DNA from: an uncultured cyanobacterium
Lineage (GTDB): Bacteria > Cyanobacteriota > Cyanobacteriia > Cyanobacteriales > Cyanobacteriaceae
Assembly: GCA_963710605.1 (NCBI GenBank)
Contig: CAVQBA010000001.1
Location: 96,001-160,000 of the forward strand
Reading direction: 5' to 3'
Length of the DNA stretch: 64,000 bases
Shown here: positions 1 through 11,731 of the stretch, in pieces
How positions within the stretch are numbered: position 1 is the stretch's first letter
How the letters are laid out: every line of letters begins with the position of its first letter
Notes under the pieces: model-generated
Database searches by the model: none
Told to the model about the DNA's origin: nothing
Seen by the model: only the letters and a program-made list of their open reading frames with translations
Translations under genes and position numbers: made by a program

Positions 1-1
1 C

Positions 2-238
2 TTCAATCCAATCATACACAGAAAAATGTTGCCAAAGATAGGGTGTTGACAAAATAAACTCTAGTATTTCGGAAACAGAAAACTTGTTTTGCGAAGATAA
101 ATAAGCTAATATTTGACTAAATTCGTACTTTTGTAATTCTTCTGAAAACTGATTATAGTAATCTAAACCAAAATTACCATTTTTATTACCACCACAATCA
201 ACTATACGATCGAGCAAATGAATCATATTTTCTGACAT
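2..238 (-). CDS. Hypothetical protein, 5' part only (runs off the window start)
   Basis: Manual translation from ATG at 238 (MSENMIHLLDRIVDCGGNKNG...) is open to the window edge; no recognisable motif. Confidence 0.55.
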   Translation of the reverse strand, partial: MSENMIHLLDRIVDCGGNKNGNFGLDYYNQFSEELQKYEFSQILAYLSSQNKFSVSEILEFILSTPYLWQHFSVYDWIE

Positions 239-558
239 AATATTTATCTAAAATTATTAACAAAAATAAACCGCTCGATAAGTTAATAAATAAGCATATA
301 ATAAAAACATAAATCTTGCTAATCTTTCAATTGAAAAAATTAGTTAGATTAGTAATGCGATCTAGGTAAGTAAAACAAAACGATCGTCAGTACTGTTTAT
401 TGTTTTATTCAATTCCTCGAAGAATAGTTTTCTGTCTTTTTCTTTGTTGAATTTAGTATAAGTTTTATTTAAATCAAATATTATCTATTTTCATTATTAA
501 CGATTTCAAAGACTAAAGTCCTGACTACAAGATATTACGATCGTACACATCAAAAAGA

Positions 559-3500
559 TTAAGTTTGCACAGACTCTAACCATTTTTCAGCTTTAGAATA
601 ATTATCTTGTTGTACTTGTTTAATCGCTTTTTGGTAATTTAAAGTTACACCCCAAACATCACTATTAAAACGTTTTTCTCGTTTCATGTTATCAAAAAAG
701 TCAACCGCTTCAAGGTGAGACATTTTTCCTTGAGATTTAGCGATCGCAAACATCGTGTCAAAAACATTATCCGCCATTTTTGCATCTCCACAAACATAAT
801 AATGACATTGAGGATTACTTAAAATTTTCCATACCTGTGCCGGTTTTTTTTCCATTAAATGTTGCACATAAGCCTTTTGTTTTTTCAGACGAGAAAAAGC
901 GACAGCAATATAAGTCAGTACTCCTGTTTTTCGCCATTGTTTTAAATGTTCTCGGTAAATAAAATCATCATGGTTACGACAACCAAAATACAAATGAGCT
1001 TCACCTAATGTTTGTCTTTGTTCGAGCAACGCCTGACGGTACTCCATAAAGGCAATTAAAGGAGATATACCAGTACCAGGTCCCACCATCAAAATAGGTG
1101 CGTGAGGGTCTTCTGGGGGGCGGAAACTCGATGTATTAACCCCAATTCTTGCGGTTTGCTGAGGTTCAAGATTCGCTAGATAGTTAGAACACAATCCTTG
1201 TCTTATCTTACCTGCATCGGTTTTAATTTGTAGTACTCCAACTGTAATTTGAATTTTATCAGGATGAAGTAAGTTAGAGGAAGAAATCGAATATAGACGG
1301 GGTTTTTGCTGAGGTAAAATTTCTAGTAAAGAGCCTAAATCGATCGTTGCTGAGGGAAATTGATCGAATAAATCAACTACCGTCATAAATTTATCGATCA
1401 AACTTTTAGTTAAATTTTTACTATCTTCATCCGCATTAGCTTGAGTGATAATTTCGAGCCATGTTGTGAGAGTATTTTTTTCTTGAGGATTAGTAACTAC
1501 TGAGTTAAGATAAGTCAATAACTCTTCTAATGGTTCACGCAAAGACAAATCTAATTCTTCTGTTAATACTTGTCTTACAGTTGTTGGTAGTTGAATCGGT
1601 AATTCATCTTCTAGTTTTGTACCATCACTAGTCACATAACTAGCGGTAAAATAAGCCTCAGGATTAAGATCGAGTTTTGTACATAAACGATCGACAATTT
1701 CGCTAGAATTACAAGGAAGAATTGATAAATGATCGCCTGTTTCGTAGTTAAGCTCAGTCTTACTAATATCAAAAGCTATGTAACGAGTCGATCGACTTCC
1801 TGCAACTACTTTGCCTAAAAGTTCTTTGTTGGCGACTAGAGGCACTCTCACACCTTTATCTGAATCAATAGCTAAAGTTTCAGTAGTAAGATTATCTAAA
1901 AAAGTAACTTCTAGTTTAGGTGCATTTATACTAGTAGCTGAAGAATTTAAATCATCTCCTAAGACACGAGAAATCAAACCTAACCATTGTTTGAAAGTAT
2001 TGGCTTGCCCTTTAATTTCATCGGCTTTGTGTAAAGGTACAATCGAATTTGCTCCTGCTTTTCTTAATCCTTTATCGATCGAGATTCCTGCCGCACAAAA
2101 ATGCTCATAAACCGTACTCCCAATCCCTAACACTGCATAATTAAGCTGACTAAGAGAATTAGTTTTTTGTTGTTGATTAAGCCATTGAAGAAACTTTCTG
2201 CCGTTACTAGGTATCGAGCCATTGCCAAAGGTAGAGGTAATCACTAATAATAGTTTTTCTTGACTTATTTTACCAATATCATATTCATCCAACGCCATTA
2301 CTTGGGTATTATGTTGTTGGAGTTGACGGGAACTTTTACGAGCAAAACCTTCTGCTGTCCCTGTTTCGGAGGCATAAAGAATCAAAATACGATCGTTTTG
2401 ATCGTCGTCTTCTTGCTTGATGGTGATAAACTGTTCTAAATCAATATCTTTTTCAACTGCCCAACGATCGGCACCATGATGATAAGCTGGATCTAGATAA
2501 AAGTCACGCATTTGATGATGCCATACAGGGCAAGTACTACCACCAGATGGAGGCACAACCCAACCATAATCAGCAGGGCATTCTCTACCAGATTTTTTTT
2601 CTCTTAAATCATGGCTTAAAAATTGTCTGGATGCGGACTGATGATCGACCATTGAGACTTTAGCTTTTTGAAATGAATGCAAGATAGCGACATTGGTTTC
2701 TAAGGCAACTCTATCTCTCCATAAGGTAGATTCAGCACTAGTATCAAGATTTAATAACTTAGCAACATCATCCATTCTGTCATAACGCCAATCTTCTAAA
2801 AAATCACGGCTAAGTTCGGTTTCCATATACCAACCATTAAAAGGCAGACAGCCATAAGTTATCCCACCAATATCCATACGGAAGTTACTAATAGCAGGTA
2901 TGGCATACCAACGTAAATCGAGAGATTCAAATTCGGGGATAGATGGGTGGGTAATTGGTACTTCTAAAACATCTTCTTTATTCCATTCGTAGATTTGGGG
3001 TTTTTTACCCGGTATTTCGATTACTAAAGGTAAAATATCATAATGACTTTTCTGGGCTGGTGGTTGCCACCCTAATTCGATAATTGCCTCGGTGAGATCT
3101 AAATTAGCACGATCGCCTAATACGCTACCATCAGGTTGTGGATAAGCCGCATAACGAATTAGCTGAGAATTCCAAATTCTTGGTCCCCATCTTTCTTTCG
3201 GTAATTTAGGACGAAATACGCTCATCACAATTTGAATATTACCGCCATTAGTAGCTAAACGTAAATGTTCTTCTAATTGCTTAAACATCTCATCAGGCTC
3301 GGTTACCTGACGGCAATCTCGAACTATCATATTACTCCACTGTATCCGTGCAATACATTTAGAAGCATTACGCCAAGATAGTTGAGCACCATAAGCTAAT
3401 TCTTCGTAGCTATGTGTATATGTACCCGTTGCTTGTACCTGTGACTCTATCTCTTGCCAACGTTGCAATCTAGCTTCTTGTGACCATCCTTGTTCTTGAG

Positions 3501-4962
3501 ATATTATATCTAAAAATCGACGTGCTTTTTTAAGTAACCTTTCTTCATTAATTTTAGGTAACTTCATTATATTGGTAACACGATCGAATAAAGTTTGCCA
3601 TGCTTGTTTTAATTCAGGATTAAAATCAGGTACATATTTCTCAAACAAGACAAACATCGTATCGGAAATAGCAGGATAAGCAGAAGAAGGAACACCAACT
3701 TTACCATGTAATTGCCCTAGCATTCTTAATTCTCGTAACATAGCATCACTACTACCTGCTTTGAGACAACGAACTAAAAACTCAAGAGATTCAAATAAAT
3801 GTAGAGAAAGATAATCCATATCCGCTCGACCAAAAATTGGTAAAACAGAGGGATATTTATGGAATAAAATTTGATAAAACTCCATTCCCATTTCATGTTT
3901 ACGATTGCTAAATACTGTCCAAGAATCAGCCATTTTCAAAAGCATTTCAGAAGATAGTGCTAATTGATAACGATCGATCGCTTCTACCATTGGTAAAATA
4001 ACATGGGTATTAAAAAACTTATCTAAAGCTGAATCGCTACCTAAACTTAAATTTTCACGATCGTATTCTTCTAAATAAGGAATAGAAGGCAACATCCACA
4101 TCCAAACTTGTCTTGCTTTCAACCAATGTTTAGGTTGCATACCAATATCGGCAAACAAAGCCCCATATTCTTCAACTGAATTTAATCCATCTCCTTTTTC
4201 TGGAGGTACACCCATCATCGGCTCATTAATTACGTTTTGGGTTTGGGGTGTTAGTTGACGCACACAACAATCAAACAAATCAAAAAAGTAATCGCCTATA
4301 CTGTCAATTGCTTCATCAAACAAATATTCTAATTCAGGCTCTTCTAATAATAACCGTTTGAAAAACTGCTCCATTTCTAACTCTTTCCAAGCTCGTAATT
4401 TATTCCAAACGTCTTTGACGATTACTACTTCTGGAGGCGAAAGTGTGGTAGCTGTCGGAAGTTCGATCGGTGTTTCGTCTTCACTTTGTTTCGTTGAATT
4501 TTTTCTTTTTTGCTGATGATAACGATCGTCTTTTGTACTAGTAAGAATATTTAGTTTGTTATTATTAAGACTAGTCTGGCTTGAATTAACATTTACGCCT
4601 ATTTTCAATTCAGGTGCTACATCCCAACTAGAAATGGCGAATTCTAATTCTTTAAATTTATCTTCATTTAATACTTCTTGCGTCGCAAACTCGACTGTTT
4701 CTAAATCTTGCCAAGGATTAGTAATATCTCCAGTACGATAACTAATCTTTACTTTGACGTAGCAGTCTCCTTTATACTTAATATCAATTAACCAGTTAGG
4801 TTGTAATCTAGTTAATAATGACTTTTGTAATTTTGTTTGTCCATCATCATCAGAATGTAGAGTTACAGAACATCTATATCTATAATCAGCGGCTTGAGGA
4901 AAGTTATTAGCTTTGATTTCGGTAATCTGAATAGTTCTGACAGTAGTAGCAATAGCAGACAT
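559..4962 (-). CDS. nos: Full-length nitric oxide synthase with globin domains (syNOS-type: N-terminal beta-rich/C2-like region, pseudo-globin, globin, NOS oxygenase, FMN/FAD/NADPH reductase)
   Basis: Heme-thiolate motif [13 protein letters not shown]; substrate motif [10 protein letters not shown]; flavodoxin [14 protein letters not shown] motif RLYSISS; NADPH motif [10 protein letters not shown]; globin [16 protein letters not shown]...LGQLHG. Confidence 0.95.
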   Translation of the reverse strand: MSAIATTVRTIQITEIKANNFPQAADYRYRCSVTLHSDDDGQTKLQKSLLTRLQPNWLIDIKYKGDCYVKVKISYRTGDITNPWQDLETVEFATQEVLNEDKFKELEFAISSWDVAPELKIGVNVNSSQTSLNNNKLNILTSTKDDRYHQQKRKNSTKQSEDETPIELPTATTLSPPEVVIVKDVWNKLRAWKELEMEQFFKRLLLEEPELEYLFDEAIDSIGDYFFDLFDCCVRQLTPQTQNVINEPMMGVPPEKGDGLNSVEEYGALFADIGMQPKHWLKARQVWMWMLPSIPYLEEYDRENLSLGSDSALDKFFNTHVILPMVEAIDRYQLALSSEMLLKMADSWTVFSNRKHEMGMEFYQILFHKYPSVLPIFGRADMDYLSLHLFESLEFLVRCLKAGSSDAMLRELRMLGQLHGKVGVPSSAYPAISDTMFVLFEKYVPDFNPELKQAWQTLFDRVTNIMKLPKINEERLLKKARRFLDIISQEQGWSQEARLQRWQEIESQVQATGTYTHSYEELAYGAQLSWRNASKCIARIQWSNMIVRDCRQVTEPDEMFKQLEEHLRLATNGGNIQIVMSVFRPKLPKERWGPRIWNSQLIRYAAYPQPDGSVLGDRANLDLTEAIIELGWQPPAQKSHYDILPLVIEIPGKKPQIYEWNKEDVLEVPITHPSIPEFESLDLRWYAIPAISNFRMDIGGITYGCLPFNGWYMETELSRDFLEDWRYDRMDDVAKLLNLDTSAESTLWRDRVALETNVAILHSFQKAKVSMVDHQSASRQFLSHDLREKKSGRECPADYGWVVPPSGGSTCPVWHHQMRDFYLDPAYHHGADRWAVEKDIDLEQFITIKQEDDDQNDRILILYASETGTAEGFARKSSRQLQQHNTQVMALDEYDIGKISQEKLLLVITSTFGNGSIPSNGRKFLQWLNQQQKTNSLSQLNYAVLGIGSTVYEHFCAAGISIDKGLRKAGANSIVPLHKADEIKGQANTFKQWLGLISRVLGDDLNSSATSINAPKLEVTFLDNLTTETLAIDSDKGVRVPLVANKELLGKVVAGSRSTRYIAFDISKTELNYETGDHLSILPCNSSEIVDRLCTKLDLNPEAYFTASYVTSDGTKLEDELPIQLPTTVRQVLTEELDLSLREPLEELLTYLNSVVTNPQEKNTLTTWLEIITQANADEDSKNLTKSLIDKFMTVVDLFDQFPSATIDLGSLLEILPQQKPRLYSISSSNLLHPDKIQITVGVLQIKTDAGKIRQGLCSNYLANLEPQQTARIGVNTSSFRPPEDPHAPILMVGPGTGISPLIAFMEYRQALLEQRQTLGEAHLYFGCRNHDDFIYREHLKQWRKTGVLTYIAVAFSRLKKQKAYVQHLMEKKPAQVWKILSNPQCHYYVCGDAKMADNVFDTMFAIAKSQGKMSHLEAVDFFDNMKREKRFNSDVWGVTLNYQKAIKQVQQDNYSKAEKWLESVQT

Positions 4963-5117
4963 ATATTGTTATCTAGTAGTTTTGTTTTGATTAAAGTCCT
5001 GATGTTTTGATGCTTCAATAATTGTGTGAAATAAAACAGACTATCTGATTAATAATTATAGCTAAACAAAATTAATAATTGATCACGTAAATTATTGATA
5101 ATGTCAACAAAGGGCAA

Positions 5118-5275
5118 TGAGTAAGAAGTAAGAAGTAAGGAGTAAGAAGTAAGGAGTAAAAAGTAAAAAGTGAAAAGTAAAAAGTGAAAAGTAAATAAAT
5201 TTACTCTAGCTAATAGTTAACAGCTAAAAGCCAATAGCTAAAACCTAACTCTTAACTCTTAACTCTTAACTCTTT
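5118..5275. repeat. Short tandem repeats (AAGTAAG/AAGTAAA-type and TAACTCT), STRR-like
   Basis: Directly visible 6-7-nt tandem units between wecB and nos. Confidence 0.85.
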
Positions 5276-5297
5276 TAACCTTTTCTCTATCTGTTCA

Positions 5298-6420
5298 CTA
5301 TTCACTGTGTTGAAGATACTTACGACTAATTTTAACAATCCTCGCTGAAGCTTTACCATCACCAAAAGGATTAATCGCCTCCGCCATTTGCTCATAACTA
5401 TTTTGATTACTTAACAATTCACTAGCTGAAGAGAGTATTTTGGCTGAACTTGTCCCAATTAGTTTAGCTGTACCTGCTGTGACAGCTTCTGGTCTTTCTG
5501 TAGTCTCTCGTAATACTAAAACAGGTTTACCTAAACTAGGCGCTTCTTCTTGCAACCCTCCTGAATCGGTGAGTAAGAGATAACTTCTTTGGATTGCTCC
5601 GACTAATTCTTGATAGTCTAAAGGTTCGGTTAAAAAGACTCGATCATGATTACCCAGATTTTGTTGTAAAGGCTCTCTAACGATCGGATTACGGTGTAAA
5701 GGAAGTAAAATCGCTACATCAGGAAAACTAGTCTAAAATTGATTGTAAGGCTTTGATAATATCTTGTAAAGGTTCACCCCAATTTTCTCGACGATGTACT
5801 GTAACCAGTAAAACACGGTATTTTTGCCAATCCAAACCTGTCACATCACAAGCAGGATTTTGATCAGCAACTGAAAGTAAAGCATCAATAACCGTATTAC
5901 CTGTTTGATGAATCTCTCCTGTGACATCAGAATTTTTGAGGTTTTCTACCGCTAAAGTTGTCGGGGCAAAATTAAGTTGAGCAATCTGTGAAATCAAACG
6001 ACGATTAGCTTCTTCAGGAAAGGGATTATAAATATTATTTGTTCTTAAACCAGCCTCAACGTGTCCGATCGGTATTTGTTGATAAAATGCAGTCAAAGCG
6101 GCGGCAAATGCTGTAGTGGTGTCACCTTGAGCAATAACTAATTGAGGGTTTATTTGCTCGTATAGTTTTCCTAACCCTTGTAAGCTACGACAAGTAATAT
6201 CATTTAAAGTCTGTTTTGGTTGCATAATATCTAAATCAAAAGTAGCAGTTAAGCCAAATAAATCCATGACCTGAGCTACCATTTCTCGGTGTTGTCCTGT
6301 CAAAATGACCTTGGTATCAAAATCATCATTTTCTTGAAAAGATTTGATTACAGGTGCGAGTTTGATGGCTTCTGGACGTGTTCCGAGGGTGATACAAATA
6401 GTTTTTTGATTGACAACCAT
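5298..6420 (-). CDS. wecB: UDP-N-acetylglucosamine 2-epimerase (non-hydrolysing), split by one extra base near 5730 (probable sequence error, otherwise pseudogene)
   Basis: GTRPEAIK, QGDT, GHVEAGLR, HRREN in the 5' ORF; removing one base at GAC-T-AGT continues as SFPDVAILLPLHRNP...DSGGLQEEAPSLGKP...ERPE. Confidence 0.9.
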
Positions 6421-6599
6421 AAAGATTTTATTCGATCGAAGAGCTTAATTTAAAGATATTAGTTGTTAATTGTTCATGGTTAATCGCTGATTGTCAACTG
6501 TTGGACAAGTTATATCTTCTAGAGGAGTAAATATAATTATAAGTTATGGTAAAATCATTAACAACAATTTATGTTCTAAATAAATTTAGGAGTAGTTAA

Positions 6600-7082
6600 T
6601 TGTCTAAAATTCGTAATTCTCAATTACCCCCTAATAGATCAATCGAATTAGATGATAGTCTTCATGCCACCACCGAAAAATGGTTTGAATACCCTATAGT
6701 TGTCCATCCTCATCATACTGATTATGCGGGTATTGTTTGGCATGGCACTTATCTTAATTGGATGGAGGAAGCGAGAATTGAATGTTTACGCTCTTTAGGA
6801 TTAGAGTACAATAATTTTGTTAATTTGGGTTATGAGTTACCTGTCATCGAGATTAATTTACGTTATCATCAATCTCTAAAAATGGGTGAACAAGCGATCG
6901 TTAAAACTAGACTTAACGATATCACAGGAGTTAGAATACATTGGGATTATCAAATCACTAATTGGCGAGGCTCGACAGTTTATGTTAGTGGAAGGGTAAC
7001 ATTAGTAGGTATCGATCGAAACAAAGGTAAAATTATGCGACGATTACCCCCAGTATTAAAAGAAGCCCTTGTAAAATTGTAA
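6600..7082 (+). CDS. Acyl-CoA thioesterase (4HBT/YbgC hot-dog family)
   Basis: Motif HTDYAGIVWHGTYLNWMEEAR. Confidence 0.88.
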   Translation: MSKIRNSQLPPNRSIELDDSLHATTEKWFEYPIVVHPHHTDYAGIVWHGTYLNWMEEARIECLRSLGLEYNNFVNLGYELPVIEINLRYHQSLKMGEQAIVKTRLNDITGVRIHWDYQITNWRGSTVYVSGRVTLVGIDRNKGKIMRRLPPVLKEALVKL

Positions 7083-7136
7083 GTAAAGATATAGATATAG
7101 ACAAACAATCATTATCCTTAGTTAGGGTTAGTAGTT

Positions 7137-7433
7137 ATGAGTGATGAACAAAAAAATAATAATTTCGTAGTTGGTTTGGTTATTGGTAGTAGTATAAGTA
7201 CGATCGCAACTTTAGTTTTTCATCCTCGTAGTGGTGAACAAACACGCAAAATTTTAACTAAAACAGCTCAAGCTTTACCCAGTATGGCTGAAGATATTTC
7301 TTCGTCTTTAAATACTCATACAAATAAATTATCTTTTCTTTCTGGGCAAAAATGGCAACGTACTTTGCATCGTTTTCAAGTAGCTGTAGAAGCAGGAAAA
7401 CAAGCAACTCAAGCTAAGTCTAAACGATCGTGA
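7137..7433 (+). CDS. YtxH-like small membrane-anchored protein
   Basis: N-terminal FVVGLVIG...LVFHPRSGEQTR pattern. Confidence 0.7.
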   Translation: MSDEQKNNNFVVGLVIGSSISTIATLVFHPRSGEQTRKILTKTAQALPSMAEDISSSLNTHTNKLSFLSGQKWQRTLHRFQVAVEAGKQATQAKSKRS

Positions 7434-7721
7434 ACTTCAATTGTTATTATATTTTAGATCTGATTTGATGTATAGTAATCATCAACTGATTGAAGATAAC
7501 AATTAAATATTAATACTATTAGTAATTAAAATTAAAAATAGTGTTAGGCGATCGTATATTAGAAATTAAATATTATCAGAAAGCTAAAAAAAGTAGAGTA
7601 TTTAATCTTGTAACTAAACTTGCTAGGACTGAATTCTTAATTATCATTGCTTAAATATTGATATTATAGAAAAACTCATGACAGATTATTTATTGTTCAC
7701 AACTGGTTGACAACATAACGT

Positions 7722-8093
7722 ATGGAAAACCCTTTATTTTGGTTAGGATTATCCCTCGGTTTAGTTGCCATGAGTTTGACGGCGGTTTTAATTGCTTTTA
7801 TTCCCTTGGCACAAGAATTAATCCAGACTGCACGTAGTGCCGACAAATTATTAAATACTCTTAATCAAGAATTACCTACTACTCTAGAAGCCTTGAGAAT
7901 GACTAATTCAGAATTAGCCGAATTAACCGAGGAAGTCAAAGGAGGGGTTAAAAGTGCTACAGGTACAGTTAAAAGTATTGATAAGGGTATTGTAACAGCA
8001 AAAAAACAAGCTCAAAATGTCAATGAGAAAAGTCGTAGTCTTTGGGCAGGAGTCAAAGCAGGTATTCGTACATGGCAAACTTATGATGAGTAA
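7722..8093 (+). CDS. DUF948-like membrane protein with coiled coil
   Basis: N-terminal TM helix then RSADKLLNTLNQELPTTLEALR; usual neighbour of the YtxH-like gene in cyanobacteria. Confidence 0.7.
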   Translation: MENPLFWLGLSLGLVAMSLTAVLIAFIPLAQELIQTARSADKLLNTLNQELPTTLEALRMTNSELAELTEEVKGGVKSATGTVKSIDKGIVTAKKQAQNVNEKSRSLWAGVKAGIRTWQTYDE

Positions 8094-8129
8094 CCAAAAG
8101 AAAATATCAATTTTATTAATCAGACGAAA

Positions 8130-8365
8130 CAACGTTATCACCTACTCTTTAGTCTCTTCTCCCAGTGGAATTATCCTCGATTCTACCACAGGTCAATTAA
8201 TCTGGACACCTAATAGCTAACAATCACGAATAAAAGAAATTATTTTCAAAGCCATAGATAGTAAAGAAGGAGAAACGATTCAAATCAAACTATTACCGTT
8301 GATGTAATTGAATCTCAACCTAACCAAAATCTTCAATTTACTTCCTATCCTCGTACTAGTTGTCC
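8130..8365 (+). pseudogene. Decayed fragment of a putative-Ig (He_PIG-like) repeat from a large surface protein
   Basis: ITYSLVSSPSGIILDSTTGQLIWTPNS* then, across a stop and frameshift, IIFKAIDSKEGE / QTITVDVIESQPNQNLQFTSYPRT; no start and no remainder of the gene. Confidence 0.6.
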
Positions 8366-8478
8366 TTATTGGTCATAACTATTTAGTATTAAAGTATTAA
8401 AAAACGATCGTCTTGAATCTAAATTTTGAAAATTGTGTTTTTATGCCTAGATTTTATACGACAATATATTCTGCCAAC

Positions 8479-8506
8479 AAAAAACACCCCCTGTTGCCAG
8501 AGAGTG
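8479..8506 (-). terminator. Rho-independent terminator of psbA
   Basis: Minus strand CACTCTCTG-GCAA-CAGGGGGTG followed by a T run. Confidence 0.85.
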
Positions 8507-8564
8507 ATTTTTGAGATTTCTATTTAATTGTTATTTCAATTTAAATCACAAATCATTTTTTTGA

Positions 8565-9635
8565 TTAGCTGTTGATTACAGGTGCTGTTACGACATCTGC
8601 TGACGCTAAATCTAAGGGGAAGTTATGTGCATTACGTTCGTGCATGACTTCGATACCGATGTTGGCACGGTTTAATACGTCTGCCCATGTTCCGATTACG
8701 TGACCTTGGCTATCTAAGATTGATTGGTTAAAGTTAAAACCGTTCAAGTTGAATGCCATGGTGCTGACTCCCATTGCTGTGAACCAAATACCAATTACAG
8801 GCCATGCTCCTAAGAAGAAGTGTAAGGCACGTGAATTGTTAAATGATGCATATTGGAAGATTAAACGACCAAAGTAACCATGTGCGGCTACGATGTTGTA
8901 GGTTTCTTCTTCTTGACCGAATTTGTAACCGTAGTTTTGTGATTCGGTTTCAGTTGTTTCACGAACTAATGAAGAAGTTACTAAGCTTCCGTGCATTGCG
9001 GAGAATAAAGAGCCACCGAAGACACCGGCTACACCTAACATATGAAATGGGTGCATTAAGATGTTATGCTCTGCTTGGAATACGAACATAAAGTTGAATG
9101 TTCCACTAATTCCTAAAGGCATACCATCAGAAAAACTACCTTGACCAATTGGGTAGATTAAGAATACTGCTGTTGCCGCAGATACAGGTGCAGAATATGC
9201 TACACAGATCCAAGGACGCATTCCTAAACGGTAGGATAATTCCCACTGACGACCCATATAACAGAAGATTCCGATTAAGAAATGGAATACTACTAATTGG
9301 TAAGGACCACCATTGTATAACCATTCGTCTAATGATGCTGCTTCCCAGATTGGGTAAAAGTGAAGACCAATAGCGTTAGAACTAGGGACAACTGCACCAG
9401 AAATGATGTTGTTGCCGTAAAGTAATGAACCGGCTACTGGCTCACGAATACCGTCAATATCTACAGGAGGCGCTGCAATAAAAGCGATAATGAAACAAGT
9501 GGTTGCAGTTAATAGACAAGGGATCATCAAAGTACCGAACCAACCGACATATAGACGGTTATTGGTTGATGTGATCCACTGACAAAACTGTTCCCAAGCA
9601 GATGACTGCTGTTGTTGTTGTAAAGTGGTTGTCAT
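8565..9635 (-). CDS. psbA: Photosystem II D1 protein (standard form, Gln130)
   Basis: [10 protein letters not shown]...[15 protein letters not shown]; all hallmark D1 motifs present. Confidence 0.99.
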   Translation of the reverse strand: MTTTLQQQQQSSAWEQFCQWITSTNNRLYVGWFGTLMIPCLLTATTCFIIAFIAAPPVDIDGIREPVAGSLLYGNNIISGAVVPSSNAIGLHFYPIWEAASLDEWLYNGGPYQLVVFHFLIGIFCYMGRQWELSYRLGMRPWICVAYSAPVSAATAVFLIYPIGQGSFSDGMPLGISGTFNFMFVFQAEHNILMHPFHMLGVAGVFGGSLFSAMHGSLVTSSLVRETTETESQNYGYKFGQEEETYNIVAAHGYFGRLIFQYASFNNSRALHFFLGAWPVIGIWFTAMGVSTMAFNLNGFNFNQSILDSQGHVIGTWADVLNRANIGIEVMHERNAHNFPLDLASADVVTAPVINS

Positions 9636-9757
9636 GTTTGTTATGATTGCGATTAAATTTTCAAGGTACGATCTTATCTGTGCTTCAAGTGAGCGAGATA
9701 AGTGACATCAGTTAAGCGGATAAATAAATAATTGCTTTGTTTGATGTGTATATACCT

Positions 9758-9786
9758 ATATTAACAGTAATATTAACTTTTGTAAA
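9758..9786 (-). promoter_or_regulatory. Predicted psbA promoter
   Basis: Minus strand TTTACA-17 nt-TAATAT, the typical cyanobacterial psbA promoter layout. Confidence 0.7.
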
Positions 9787-9911
9787 GGATTCTCAGTTTA
9801 TTGTTACTTATCTGAGTCATTAGGTTTACTTAATTTAGATACTAAGTAAATTTGTTAATTCTTCGATTTTTGTTCTTGAGTAACGATCGATCGTTAATAA
9901 GGTACTCCTAC

Positions 9912-10043
9912 TATAGCAATTTTCCCCATTATGAAGGACAAAAAGATCCCCCTTCGTAAGGGGGAAGATAAGCAGATGCTTCGCTTTTATGTCTGGGGAC
10001 TTGAAAATAATTAATGTACCTCATAATTATGGGAAACGCTATA
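9912..10043. mobile_element. MITE-like element with TATAGC...GCTATA ends
   Basis: Imperfect ~29-bp inverted ends; the right end matches the left end of the copy at 33696. Confidence 0.65.
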
Positions 10044-10330
10044 TAGTTAAAACTACCAATTTTAAAAGATTACTGAAGAAGTGGCTTTGCCGAACGAAAG
10101 ATTGTTAAAATATCTAAAAATCTTATAGGGTAATATAGATCGAGTGTATCCATTGTCAAACTAAATATTATTGAAAAATAATTAGATATTCCTCGTAATT
10201 GTTAGCAAGAAAGTTGCAATGCTTGTTTTATTGCTTCAAAATTGTATTCTTTAAAAAAGTAAGTATCTCAAATCTTTTCACCATTTATTCCCTGTTCGCT
10301 ATTCTCTAACTCCTGTCAGAAATATAAATA

Positions 10331-10939
10331 ATGACTTCAAGACGTGAATTTTTAAGATTATTTACCATTTCTTTCACAGCGATCGCTTGTGGTAATAAAC
10401 CTGACTTTGTTTCACAACAAAATTTATCAGATGACTCTCTATGGTCAAAATTACAACAAACAGAGGAGCGAGCTTACGTTATCTTGTTTCGGCACGCTAT
10501 AGCACCTGGTACAGGAGATCCCTCTAACTTTAATCTTAATGATTGTTCAACTCAACGTAATTTATCCTCAGAAGGAAAAACCCAAGCAGTTCGTATGGGA
10601 TTAGCCTTTAAACGTCGTCAAATTCCTGTTAAGCGAATTTTATCTAGTCAATGGTGTCGGTGTTTGGATACGGCAACTCTGATGGATGTAGGAAGCGTAG
10701 AATCCTTTCCTCTTTTAAATTCATTTTTCAATAATACTAGTCGTTCTGAGCAACAAACAAGTCAATTACGAGAGTTTATACTCCAAGAAATCGATCGAGA
10801 CGGGGTGATAGTTATGGTTTCTCATCAAGTTAATATTACAGCGATCGCTAATATTTTTCCTAAATCTGGTGAAGGAGTAGTTTTGTCGATCGATCGAGAT
10901 AAGAACGAAATTGAAGTTTTAGGACGGGTATATCCTTGA
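10331..10939 (+). CDS. Histidine phosphatase family protein, predicted Tat-exported lipoprotein
   Basis: SRREFL twin-arginine motif, lipobox-like AIAC, catalytic FRHA, SSQWCRCLDTA, VSHQ. Confidence 0.85.
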   Translation: MTSRREFLRLFTISFTAIACGNKPDFVSQQNLSDDSLWSKLQQTEERAYVILFRHAIAPGTGDPSNFNLNDCSTQRNLSSEGKTQAVRMGLAFKRRQIPVKRILSSQWCRCLDTATLMDVGSVESFPLLNSFFNNTSRSEQQTSQLREFILQEIDRDGVIVMVSHQVNITAIANIFPKSGEGVVLSIDRDKNEIEVLGRVYP

Positions 10940-10945
10940 AAAGCA

Positions 10946-11731
10946 TTAAAATACGTCAGTAGATATAGAAAGCATTCCTTGTTTTAAAACTTGCAATTTA
11001 TCACCTAAAGATTGAGAATCCCGATTATCTAAGCTTTCAATCAATTTAGTCAACAATGAATTAAATTCAAGCAAAGTTTTATCTTCAAGAATCTTACTAA
11101 TATCTTGTCCCAGTAAATAGATACTCGCATCAAGAAAATTTACTATTTCATCAGTAAGTTCGTCTATCAATTCAGAATAAACACGCTCATCATCTTCATA
11201 TTTTGATAAAATAAATTCAATATCTTCTAAATCTTTATTTGTCCGATCGCCTCGATCGCCCCAAGCAAATACTTTTAGGACAACAAAAGCGGGGGTATCA
11301 ACGACTTTGATTTCTAACTCATTATCAATAGTAGTCGTTTTAGCAGAAGAAAGTGCTTCAGCAAAACCAGAAACATTCATCGAATTACCACTATCTGACC
11401 AAACTATTTTTTGATTCGGTTCGCCAATTTTACCAAAAGGAACGATATCAACTTCAATATTTGTCTTGATATGAATAAATTTGTGAGAATTCTTAGTCGA
11501 TCTAAATAGTGGATAATTACCAGTTGTTAAAGATAGGCGAAGTTGTTCGTATATTTGCCAACTATCGATCGATATTGCAATATCCCAATCCTTTGTTGCT
11601 CTTCCTTCACCAAATTTTCGATCGAATACTAAAAGCCTCGCTCCCGCACCGACTAAAATCATCGGCAAATTCAACGAACTTATTATCGTGACTAAATCAC
11701 TTAAAGCTTTTTTCTCTCTTGAGCCAAGCAT
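10946..11731 (-). CDS. AbiEii/AbiGii-like nucleotidyltransferase toxin (type IV TA)
   Basis: LVGAGA...RATKDWDIA Pol-beta-type motif, VDIVPFG, LKVFAW...KDLEDI; overlaps the upstream gene. Confidence 0.8.
   Translation of the reverse strand: MLGSREKKALSDLVTIISSLNLPMILVGAGARLLVFDRKFGEGRATKDWDIAISIDSWQIYEQLRLSLTTGNYPLFRSTKNSHKFIHIKTNIEVDIVPFGKIGEPNQKIVWSDSGNSMNVSGFAEALSSAKTTTIDNELEIKVVDTPAFVVLKVFAWGDRGDRTNKDLEDIEFILSKYEDDERVYSELIDELTDEIVNFLDASIYLLGQDISKILEDKTLLEFNSLLTKLIESLDNRDSQSLGDKLQVLKQGMLSISTDVF

Noticed and set aside
780..4741. Short plus-strand ORFs within nos (780-962, 1811-2110, 4556-4741)
   Set aside because: Antisense shadows of a long conserved gene with no motifs
5020..5110. FNR/CRP-like sites upstream of nos (TTGATAATGTCAA, TGTGAAATAAAACA)
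   Set aside because: Spacing deviates from consensus and such words arise easily in very AT-rich DNA
8843..9373. Alternative-frame ORFs overlapping psbA
   Set aside because: Shadow ORFs of a highly conserved gene
8565..9635. Atypical (rogue or chlorophyll f synthase) D1
   Set aside because: Mn-cluster ligand region (SDGMP, QAEHN, HERNAH, DLA) and Tyr-Z are canonical
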